32,000 bases of DNA, taken from assembly GCA_003056265.1 (NCBI GenBank), contig NBVN01000005.1, positions 13,918 to 45,917 of the forward strand, in the 5' to 3' direction. This document shows positions 23,202-31,053 of this stretch, one piece after another; the stretch's first letter is position 1, and each line of letters starts with the position of its first letter. Below the pieces are notes generated by a model that made no database searches, was not told the origin of the DNA, and was given only the letters and a program-made list of their open reading frames with translations. A program made the position numbers and the translations under genes. Origin of the DNA: Zestosphaera tikiterensis (GTDB lineage: Archaea > Thermoproteota > Thermoprotei_A > Sulfolobales > NBVN01).

Positions 23202-25214
23202 TTACACCCCCATCAACCTACCTATGCTGACAATAAGCCATGCCATACCGTATGCTAGTAAGAGCTCGTAGAAAACAGTAAATAAAGCCCACTTAATTCC
23301 TGCTTCATGCTTAATAACAGCTATAGTGACTATGCATGGAACGTAAATCAATATGAAGACCATGTAAGCGTACATAGTTAATGGATCATATAGGGAGGCT
23401 ATCCTCTCGCCTATACCTTCTTCACCCACACCATACAGTAAGGCCATAGCGCCTAGAACTATTTCCTTAGCTATGAAGCCGAATATCGCCGCAACCACAA
23501 GCCTCCAATCCCACCCAAGAGGTGCGAAAAGCGGTTGAGCGCTTTTACCCACAATAGCTACAATACTTTCCTCAACGTTATCTGTGAAGGATATGCTAGG
23601 AGTGAATATCGAGAGCAATCCTAAAACTACTATACCTGGGAATATAACCTTACCGGCTTTAGTGAAGAAGAGCTTCGCCCTACCCCAAGCCTTGGAGAGG
23701 GCTACACGTAGCACAGGCATTAAGTACTGCGGCAACTCTATTATGAAGGTTGCTGCCTCACCCTTCAGTACAGTCTTTCTAAGAACTGTTGAGACGGCGA
23801 GAGCCAGTAAAATCCCTAAGACGTAGAGGGAGAATATAACGTTGCCTCCCATCCTACCCCAGAACGTCATCGCTATAGCTGAGAAGAAAACCAACCTAGC
23901 ACTACAAAGCATTAACGGGTTAACAACTATAGCGGCTATTCTCTCCTTCTCACCAGGTATGGCTCTAGTGGAGTATACGGCGGGGACGTTACATCCAAAC
24001 CCTAATATCATAGATATTATAGCCCTTCCCGGAAGGCCGAATTTCCCCATAATCTTATCCATGAGGAACGACGCTCTAGCCATATACCCGAAATCCTCGA
24101 GGATAGATAGTGCGAAAAACAACGTGAATATCAACGGAACAAAGCTTAAAACCGTTCCCACACCATTTAACACGCCGTAGTCCCCGAAGAGTAAGTAATC
24201 TAACCAGTCAATTCCGGTTACACCTTTTAAAGCTTGTGAAACCCATGCGAATACGTCGCCTAAGAAACCGCTAAATGGTGCTGAAACCATAAACGCAAAT
24301 TGAAATAATATCCATAACATGGCTAGGAATATCGGTATGCCGAAAACAGTGTCTAAGAATGCTTGATCGAGGATGTCGGAGATAGTGAGTCCTCTGACTT
24401 TCAGTAAAACCCCTTCAAGAATCCTCTTAACTACTTCATAACGTTCGTTAGCCAGCGTCATCTCCGGATCGCCAAACTCTTTAATAAACTCCCTTCTAAC
24501 CTTCTCAACTTCAGCAAGGTCTTCCTCACTCAACGAAGTCGATACTTTCTTTAAAACATCCTTATCCCCTTCTAAAAGTTTTATCGCAACCCACCTAGGG
24601 CTAAGCCCCTGCGTTATCTTACCTTCAACAAGCCGCTCAACTTTCTTTATGTACTCTTCTACCTTGGGGTCATACTCAATAACTTTATGGGTTGGCTGCT
24701 TGAAAGCCTTTAATATCGCTTCACATAGTTCCTTCATCCCCTTCTTCTTCGGAGCTACTGTAACTACTACCGGAACTCCAAGCCTTTCCCTCAGCAATTC
24801 AACGTTGATCCTCGTGCCAGCCGCCTCTATTAAGTCAACCTTATTTAACGCAAGCACTACGTTCGCTCCCAGCTCCAGCAGTTGAAGCGTTAAGTAGAGG
24901 TTTCTCTCTAGGTTAGACGCGTCAACTATGTCAACCACAACATCAGGCTTCTCATAGATTATGTAGTCCCTCGCTATCATTTCCTCTATAGAGTAAGCTG
25001 TTAAGCTATACGTTCCTGGAAGGTCGATAACGTAGATCTCAACGCCGTTAAAACTACATAACCCCTCAGCTTTCTCAACAGTTTTACCGGGCCAGTTGCC
25101 GACGTGTTGACGTGAACCTGTTAGGTTATTGAATATAACCGATTTACCAACGTTGGGATTGCCTGCCAACGCCACCACAATATCCGCCTGCTTCCTGCTA
25201 GCGCTCACCTCCAA
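23202..25214 (-). CDS. feoB: Ferrous iron transporter FeoB (G-domain plus permease)
   Basis: G1 is GNPNVGKSVIFNNLTG, G3 is DLPGTYSL and G4 is NKVDL, followed by a long polytopic permease domain. Length is 670 aa. Confidence 0.95.
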   Translation of the reverse strand: MEVSASRKQADIVVALAGNPNVGKSVIFNNLTGSRQHVGNWPGKTVEKAEGLCSFNGVEIYVIDLPGTYSLTAYSIEEMIARDYIIYEKPDVVVDIVDASNLERNLYLTLQLLELGANVVLALNKVDLIEAAGTRINVELLRERLGVPVVVTVAPKKKGMKELCEAILKAFKQPTHKVIEYDPKVEEYIKKVERLVEGKITQGLSPRWVAIKLLEGDKDVLKKVSTSLSEEDLAEVEKVRREFIKEFGDPEMTLANERYEVVKRILEGVLLKVRGLTISDILDQAFLDTVFGIPIFLAMLWILFQFAFMVSAPFSGFLGDVFAWVSQALKGVTGIDWLDYLLFGDYGVLNGVGTVLSFVPLIFTLFFALSILEDFGYMARASFLMDKIMGKFGLPGRAIISMILGFGCNVPAVYSTRAIPGEKERIAAIVVNPLMLCSARLVFFSAIAMTFWGRMGGNVIFSLYVLGILLALAVSTVLRKTVLKGEAATFIIELPQYLMPVLRVALSKAWGRAKLFFTKAGKVIFPGIVVLGLLSIFTPSISFTDNVEESIVAIVGKSAQPLFAPLGWDWRLVVAAIFGFIAKEIVLGAMALLYGVGEEGIGERIASLYDPLTMYAYMVFILIYVPCIVTIAVIKHEAGIKWALFTVFYELLLAYGMAWLIVSIGRLMGV

Positions 25215-25452
25215 TCACCTCAACAAATATCTTCATAGCGGCACCTCTACCGATGGCTATTCTAGAACCCTTAACGTCTAAGAGGATCGGACCTGAGCCG
25301 AAGACCTTAACCACCCTAACGATTGAGCCTGGAGTTATTCCAAGCTCCGCTAACCTCAACATCAACCCTTTCCCAGACATTACGTTAACCACCCTCACTA
25401 AACTTCCCTCCTGAGCCGTGGACAGAGGAATCATAGCCGACAACCTCAACAA
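25198..25452 (-). CDS. feoA: FeoA-domain protein (second copy; probable start at Met-7, position 25434)
   Basis: It is a small SH3-like FeoA domain: GSLVRVVNV...LRLAELGITPGSIVRVVKV...GPILLDVKGSRIAIGRGAAMKIFVE. It overlaps the feoB start. Confidence 0.8.
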   Translation of the reverse strand: MLRLSAMIPLSTAQEGSLVRVVNVMSGKGLMLRLAELGITPGSIVRVVKVFGSGPILLDVKGSRIAIGRGAAMKIFVEVIGGER

Positions 25453-25669
25453 TTACAATATCTGCCTTCTCTCTTTGAATAGATACGTTATATCCCCTAA
25501 CCTCAAACTCTATAGGGTCTTTTAATGGGGCGTTCCTTACAGCCTTAACACTCACTCCCTTAGAGAACCCCATCTCCACGAGCCTTCTTTTAAGCCATGA
25601 AGGCGCCTCTAGATAATCAACGATAATCCCCACCTCCCCAGGTCTCATTTCACTCATCTTCTTCCTCAT
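25385..25669 (-). CDS. feoA: FeoA-domain protein (first copy)
   Basis: PGEVGIIVDY...KRRLVEMGFSKGVSVKAVRNAPLKDPIEFEVRGYNVSIQREKADIVIVE is the FeoA signature. Confidence 0.8.
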   Translation of the reverse strand: MRKKMSEMRPGEVGIIVDYLEAPSWLKRRLVEMGFSKGVSVKAVRNAPLKDPIEFEVRGYNVSIQREKADIVIVEVVGYDSSVHGSGGKFSEGG

Positions 25670-25679
25670 TTGAGACCCC

Positions 25680-25779
25680 TTAGGTCTACCTAAATTTTCC
25701 CTATCTAAATTTAAGAAGACGATTAGGTACTAATAAATATTAACCTAAAAAAGTTAGGCCTAATATTAGGACTACCTAA
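25680..25779. promoter_or_regulatory. Cluster of TTAGG...CCTAA palindromes; putative DtxR-family operator sites in the feo promoter
   Basis: Sites: ttaggtctacctaa (25680-93, 11 nt upstream of the feoA ATG), ttaggtac-N10-taacctaa (25723-48), ttaggcctaa (25754-63, a perfect palindrome) and ttaggactacctaa (25766-79). The half-sites equal those of the classical DtxR/IdeR box TTAGGTTAGCCTAACCTAA. Confidence 0.45.
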
Positions 25780-25796
25780 AATCGTCAGAACATTTG

Positions 25797-26273
25797 CTAA
25801 CGACCTAACGAAGAAGTATGTTCTTTCCTTCTCATGCAAAACTTCTCAAACTTTTTCAACCAAGACACTATTGAGTGCTGACGATCTCTGTAGAAGTTAA
25901 TAAATTCTACAAACATTATTATCTGCTTTATTGTCTCGGGATGTAGGCTATGCTCAAGAACGTGTGCGTCTTTAAGAGCCACTTCCTCAGGCACTAAGAG
26001 TATTTCAAGAAAGCCTTTAATATAGCTGAACCTCTTCTCCACAAGTTCAGCTACTTCCCTACCCTTCTGAGTTAATCTTATGCCTTTATACTTCTCATAC
26101 TCCACTAGCCCCTCCTTATTAAGCTTTTCGAGCATTTCAACTACGCTGGAGGGTTTAACACCAAGCTTTAAGGAAATATCTTTTACACGAACATATCCCT
26201 TATGCCTCTCGATTTCGTAAATTATCCTTAGGTAATCCTCCATCCGCTCAGTAACGCCTCCCAGAGAGCCCAC
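25797..26273 (-). CDS. DtxR/MntR/SirR-family metal-dependent transcriptional repressor (probable start ATG 26243)
   Basis: MEDYLRIIYEIERHKGYVRVKDISLKLGVKPSSVVEMLEKLNKEGLVEYEKYKGIRLTQKGREVA is the family's winged-helix N-terminal domain. A helical dimerisation / metal-binding domain follows. Confidence 0.85.
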   Translation of the reverse strand: MGSLGGVTERMEDYLRIIYEIERHKGYVRVKDISLKLGVKPSSVVEMLEKLNKEGLVEYEKYKGIRLTQKGREVAELVEKRFSYIKGFLEILLVPEEVALKDAHVLEHSLHPETIKQIIMFVEFINFYRDRQHSIVSWLKKFEKFCMRRKEHTSSLGR

Positions 26274-26374
26274 CTAATGAACTCTCTTCACATAAAGTTA
26301 AAAACTTGAATCAATTGCTTTTTCATTTAACACTCTAGTTCTTGAGGTTCGTAAAGATTTATTAGTTAGGGGGT

Positions 26375-26587
26375 ATGCAGGTTAGGGGGGTAACTATGCC
26401 GTACTTCGATCCGGAGCCGAAGAAGTGTAGGGAGGATTTCTTCAACGCTGAGAAGGAGGTTGAGGAGTTTAAAAGAGGTCTTAACGTTTCTAAGCTTGTA
26501 GTGGTTTCCGGGTTGAGAAGATATGGTAAGACATCCCTTATCTTAACGGGTTCGGGTCTGAATGATACTCTTAATCACTCTCAATAG
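26375..26587 (+). pseudogene. N-terminal fragment of an Arch_ATPase-type AAA+ ATPase gene, interrupted by the IS
   Basis: REDFFNAEKEVEEFKRGL...LVVVSGLRRYGKTSLIL is the canonical F-x-N-R-E-x-E-L...G-x-R-R-x-G-K-T-S-L start (Walker A). The last 12 codons and the stop derive from the IS end. The probable start is ATG 26396. Confidence 0.7.
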
Positions 26588-26720
26588 CTCTTAATTGTTT
26601 TCTTCATCCCCTCATTTTTCGTTCCCCCGCTCTGTCGGGCTTCATTCTTCATTGCGGAGGCTCTTTGGGGTGACCCGGGCACCCCCGCATACGCTTTTAA
26701 AACCTTCAGCCAAATGTTTA
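26548..26720 (-). ncRNA. Putative omega-RNA (reRNA) scaffold of the tnpB element
   Basis: Called by position only. In characterised TnpB systems the guide RNA scaffold is encoded by the 3' end of tnpB plus the right end, and this is exactly the segment conserved in the tnpB-less copy at 21949-22100. I could not compute a secondary structure. Confidence 0.3.
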
Positions 26721-27810
26721 TAGCTCCTATTACATCTCTATCGGCTCTGAACCCGCATTTACGGCATATCCCGAATCTTCCAATATATCTAATTTTTGAT
26801 TTACATCTTGGGCATGTTGAAGATGTTTTCTTAGGATTTACAAACACTACTGGAACGTTATACTCAATAGCTTTACTTAATATTGATTCTTGAAGCTTTC
26901 TATAAGCAAACATTGTAAGCTTCCAAACAACTCTATCATTTTTGTTATTGTATGATTTTCTAAGCTTTTTTAAATCTTCTAAAGCTATTGTGTAGCCATG
27001 TCTCTTAGCTTTCAACGTAATTTCTTTCGCGAACTTCCTACACCAATTAATAACGATATTTCTAGACCTTCTATGGAGGTTTTTAACTCTCTTCAAAATC
27101 TTCTTATTGTATCTCCACCTCTTAGGATATTTCTTCTGAATTTCTTCAGCTCTAGCTTTCTTACTTAAAGCATCTATAAACCTAGTCTTATATCTTCTAA
27201 TGTCAGGGCAGTCATATGATACGACATGCCTTAAATTCAGGTCTAGAGCTACAACACCTTTAGGGATGTATGGTGTGTATCTCACCTTAAACACTATACT
27301 CACGTAGAGCTTGCCATTACGGTATTTAATGTGTACTTCCTTCCACTTCAAACTTTTAAATCTTTCGATATATCCATCCCTATGTTTGATTCTAAGGGTG
27401 TATTGCTTATCTCTTAGAATAATTTTAATAGTTTTGTTGCTTAAATTTACTTCAGCATCTTGATGGTCTAGTCTAGTAAAGAGCTTTTTAACGGTAGGTT
27501 TTGAGCCTTCGTTACTCTTAGCGGATTTAACTAATGCTATTGCTGTGTTGTATATGTTTCTCACTACATGTGCTCTAAAACCATATACTCTAAGCATCCC
27601 GTAGAACATTTGATGTGCTTGATCTTTCTTAGGTATTTCTTCAAGCTCCCATAACGCATCTATAACTTTCTGAAGAACGCACCTATATATCACCAAATCC
27701 CAGAACAAATCCTTGATATCTCCCTCTACAACCTCAGCTACAGCTTTTAAAGTCCTATGGTATACTCCCTCAGGCATCCGCCCAACTCTAGAGCGGATAA
27801 ACGCCTTCAT
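26581..27810 (-). CDS. tnpB: TnpB (OrfB) RNA-guided nuclease of an IS200/IS605-family element
   Basis: RuvC-I is VVALDLNLRHV, RuvC-II is YTIALEDLKKL, the Zn finger is CPRCKSK...CRKCGF and RuvC-III is RADRDVIGAINIW. Length is 409 aa. A TATA-like tttataaattt (27846-56) lies upstream. Confidence 0.9.
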   Translation of the reverse strand: MKAFIRSRVGRMPEGVYHRTLKAVAEVVEGDIKDLFWDLVIYRCVLQKVIDALWELEEIPKKDQAHQMFYGMLRVYGFRAHVVRNIYNTAIALVKSAKSNEGSKPTVKKLFTRLDHQDAEVNLSNKTIKIILRDKQYTLRIKHRDGYIERFKSLKWKEVHIKYRNGKLYVSIVFKVRYTPYIPKGVVALDLNLRHVVSYDCPDIRRYKTRFIDALSKKARAEEIQKKYPKRWRYNKKILKRVKNLHRRSRNIVINWCRKFAKEITLKAKRHGYTIALEDLKKLRKSYNNKNDRVVWKLTMFAYRKLQESILSKAIEYNVPVVFVNPKKTSSTCPRCKSKIRYIGRFGICRKCGFRADRDVIGAINIWLKVLKAYAGVPGSPQRASAMKNEARQSGGTKNEGMKKTIKSY

Positions 27811-28066
27811 CGGATATTCACCAGAAGATATTATCAGAGTACAGATTTATAAATTTAACTACTCCGATAATATATAGGTGAAGCTAATGGTATCAATATA
27901 TATATATTCAAAGCTAAGGTAGTTAAAACAGGTGGAAAATATCTAATATATCCACCAAAAAAATATCAGGAGAAACTCAAGAAACTCCACGGAAAAGAAA
28001 TTAGCGTTATAGTTATAGAGGAAAGTGATTAAGAATATTTGAGAATACCAAGAAATTATATAGAAT

Positions 28067-28924
28067 GTGCTACGGCTCTTACCGTCTGGGATGATTTCAG
28101 TGAATGATTTGTTGATGCTTTTTGAGAGGGAGTTGAGTAGGAGGGGTTGGTTTAAGTCGATCGTAACCTCCATAGAGGGTGTTGAGGTAGGGGGTTTTGG
28201 CGTGAGGTTCCGCCGCAGGGATTTCAATACTTTAGTTAACGTGTTGGAGAGGTTGGAGGGTCGGGTATTGGTTTTTGATGAGGTTCAAGAGCTTAGGAGA
28301 AGTAGATATAGGTTTGATTCCCTTATAGCGTATCTCTACGACCACGTGGATGTGAAGGTTGTGGTTTCCGGCTCTCAAGTTGGGTTAATGCGTAGGTTCC
28401 TCCGCTTCGACGACCCCTCAGCGCCTCTCTACGGTAGGCCGTTTTACGTCGTTAAGCTAAAGCCTCTCACTAGAGAATTAGCACGTGAATTCCTACTTAA
28501 GGGTTTTGAACAGGAAGGGCTTCAACCACCGGTTGAGTTGATAGAGGAGGCTTTAAACATATTCAACGGAGTGATAGGCTGGTTAACCTACTTCGGCTAC
28601 TCCTACACAAGACTTGGTGTGAGGGATCTAACCTCCGTGTTGGAAACCGCAGCGAAGCTAGCTTATGAAGAACTTAATCACGCACTTCAAATATTCAACG
28701 TCGGTAGGCCGAGATACGAAGCAGTTCTAAAACTACTTTCCGAAAGGAGTTCCTCATGGTCTGAAATAATTAGGTATGTAGAATCTAAACACGGTAAAAT
28801 ACCTAAAAACACCCTCAACAACATCCTTAAAAACTTAATCGATATGGGCGTATTGGAGAAATCCGAAGGCATGTATAGAGTGGCGGATCCCGTCCTGCGG
28901 TATGCGATAAGAAAATACCTATAA
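28067..28924 (+). pseudogene. C-terminal fragment of the Arch_ATPase / DUF234 ATPase gene
   Basis: VLVFDEVQEL is the Walker B, followed by VVVSGSQVGLM. The C-terminal winged-helix tail, GMYRVADPVLRYAIRKYL, is typical of DUF234. The frame is the same as the N-terminal fragment. Confidence 0.7.
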
Positions 28925-28932
28925 GCAAAACC

Positions 28933-29550
28933 TCAAAAACTACGTTGCTTCTGTAGGTTTACCCAAGGTTTATGGCATATCCTCTCCCAAACGTCTCTAA
29001 CTACGTTTCTATTATGTCTTAACTTCATTAAATACCTTACGGCGGGTTCTACATCTTTAACTTCTTTAATTGACTCTCCTTTAATCATGAGTACGTCGTC
29101 GTCATAACTGCAGGCAACGTATCTAATCACTTCTATTAGGTCGTTTAACTCTGTAAGCTCTATAACTACGTATCCTAAGCTTTTAAACATGTTTATAGAT
29201 GGTTTATTTGTTTTCCTAGCCGTGGCTATGAAGTACTTAACGCCTTCCCAACTTAACAACTCCTCAATAGAGGAAACTAAAACCTTGCCGTAGCCTAACC
29301 CCCTGAAGGCGTCCTTCACAACCACGTAATACACAACCCCCAGAGGTTCGGGCTCAATTAAAACTTTAAAGTATAGGCCGGAGCCGACGACCTCACCGCG
29401 TTCCTTAACTATGGCTGCGTTGCATACGCCGGACTCTAAGCAGGATCTAGCGTAATATCCGTGAAACCAAGACATAGCGGAGGAGACCAATCCCTCAACA
29501 AGGTCAGCGCATTCAACACCGCATGTCTCAACAACTACGTCATCAAACAC
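28933..29550 (-). CDS. GNAT-family N-acetyltransferase
   Basis: YYVVVKDAFRGLGYGKVLVSSIEELL is the acetyl-CoA binding motif A (R/Q-x-x-G-x-G/A). It uses a GTG start. Confidence 0.8.
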   Translation of the reverse strand: MFDDVVVETCGVECADLVEGLVSSAMSWFHGYYARSCLESGVCNAAIVKERGEVVGSGLYFKVLIEPEPLGVVYYVVVKDAFRGLGYGKVLVSSIEELLSWEGVKYFIATARKTNKPSINMFKSLGYVVIELTELNDLIEVIRYVACSYDDDVLMIKGESIKEVKDVEPAVRYLMKLRHNRNVVRDVWERICHKPWVNLQKQRSF

Positions 29551-29612
29551 TTCATCAACACCCTCTCTCCTACGGAGGACTCTAAAAACTGATTTAACTC
29601 AGGCTTTAAGAG

Positions 29613-30980
29613 TTACTCTCCCTGAGATACACACTCTAGAAACTCGTTTAAAGCTTTCCTATAGAGTTCCTCAAACGTAGTTGAGTTAGGAGTTAATTCA
29701 ACGTCGTTAGTAAGTAATGTAAACTTTTGATTTCCGTAACTTCTTAAGTCCTCATAACTCATAACAGCTAATTCGGAGTCGAGCTTATCGTAAGATCCTT
29801 TATTAACTAGTAAAAGCATATGCTTTACGAAGCATTTAAAAGCTTTAAGAGGGTTGTCAACGCCCACATACTTAACTTTACTCGTTAAGTACCTGCCAAC
29901 CATGTTAATCAACTCTGAAGTTCTTAAATTAGCTAACTCAGCTAAACCCATTAAAGAGTTAACAACTCTCTCGTTGAAGTACTTAACGCTTAAGTCGTAG
30001 ACATCTCGATCTGAATGATATACTGGTTTAATCTTATGTATGTTATGAAAAACTAAAGTAGGTATCGCTAGGTTTAAAGCTGATAACGCGTCGGTATAGG
30101 CTATGCCGGCGTTAGACTCAACGACTTCAACGTTGCTTACGTACCTCCATAAACCCTCATCCAGCCCAACGAAGCTTACCTCAAGAGGTTCTGTAAACGC
30201 GGTGTCAACAACTACGAATAGTAGGGTGTTTTCAAGGGCTTCACCGTACCTACTTACGTAAGCTCTCGAGCCGTAAGCCCAGTAAAGCAGGGGTTCTTCA
30301 GGATCTCCATATTCTTCAGCCGTGAAGCTAACTAACCTAACGGGCTGCCCTCCCTTCTTACTTACCTCCTCAGCTAACTTCATAAGGATTAAAAGACCGT
30401 TGACGTCGTCTCTAAACCCGCTTAACCACCTATCGTGGTGGGCTGCCACAACCATCTTAGGCTCTTCCCCGTAAGTAGCTTCAAGGTTGTAACCAGTGCT
30501 TAAAACCTTCCTAACCTTCACCTCAACATCCACACGCCTTCCGTAAAGTTCCTTAAGCTTTAACCCAACATCTAAAGGTATGTGAACGCTTAAGACATCA
30601 TCCCTAACTTTCGAGGTGGTTGAGTAGCTTAACTCACCTGTCAACACTATACGTCTTTTCCTAACTTCAGGGTAGGAATCGAAGAAGATAACCGCTTCAT
30701 ACCCTTCCTTAACGGCCCTTCCGTGAATAACCCACATATTATCAGGGTCTTCAGTAGTTGGCGTTAGTAAGACGTCCCTACCTAAAACCCCGCTTACGTA
30801 TTGAGATCTTTGAGGGGGTTGTGAAGTGCATTTTATGGAGCCGTTTATCAAGCAGTTAACATCCTCCCAAGAAACAACCTCAACGGGATGTAACCTAACG
30901 TCAAACCCTAAATCACTTAATCGATCGCGTAAACTCCTAACTAAGTTAAGCTCGGCTTTAGACCCGGCAACGACGTCCAC
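29613..30980 (-). CDS. M28-like (aminopeptidase-type) metallopeptidase
   Basis: Ordered metal-ligand-like motifs are present: VVAAHHDRW, FRDDVNGLLIL, SFTAEEYG and PVYHSDRDV. It uses a GTG start. Confidence 0.6.
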   Translation of the reverse strand: MDVVAGSKAELNLVRSLRDRLSDLGFDVRLHPVEVVSWEDVNCLINGSIKCTSQPPQRSQYVSGVLGRDVLLTPTTEDPDNMWVIHGRAVKEGYEAVIFFDSYPEVRKRRIVLTGELSYSTTSKVRDDVLSVHIPLDVGLKLKELYGRRVDVEVKVRKVLSTGYNLEATYGEEPKMVVAAHHDRWLSGFRDDVNGLLILMKLAEEVSKKGGQPVRLVSFTAEEYGDPEEPLLYWAYGSRAYVSRYGEALENTLLFVVVDTAFTEPLEVSFVGLDEGLWRYVSNVEVVESNAGIAYTDALSALNLAIPTLVFHNIHKIKPVYHSDRDVYDLSVKYFNERVVNSLMGLAELANLRTSELINMVGRYLTSKVKYVGVDNPLKAFKCFVKHMLLLVNKGSYDKLDSELAVMSYEDLRSYGNQKFTLLTNDVELTPNSTTFEELYRKALNEFLECVSQGE

Positions 30981-31053
30981 GAAACCACCCTAAGAAACGA
31001 GTTTAAAACCGCATAAATAAAGCGTTGGAAACACTACTACTTAGGGTTCCTAC

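Larger units (their letters stand above)
26548..28077 (-). mobile_element. IS200/IS605-family element carrying tnpB only (IS1341-like, no Y1 tnpA), about 1.53 kb
   Basis: The ends are defined by the points where similarity to the MITE copy at 21949-22275 starts and stops. Deleting 26548-28077 (1530 bp, a multiple of 3) joins the two ATPase fragments in frame (...KTSLILT|LPSGMISVNDLL...). The ends are uncertain by a few bp, because tacggct could be conserved target rather than element sequence. Confidence 0.75.

Noticed and set aside
23584-24885. Plus-strand ORFs 23584..23826, 23842..24180 and 24649..24885
   Set aside because: They are antisense shadows inside feoB.
27871-28032. 53-codon open frame in the left part of the IS with an AbrB/SpoVT-like flavour (GGKYLIYPPKKYQEKLKKLHGKEISVIVIEE)
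   Set aside because: It contains no ATG, GTG or TTG in frame, so it cannot be translated conventionally. It is probably a chance ORF or relic within the IS left end and promoter region. The antisense ORF 27943..28227 is likewise rejected.
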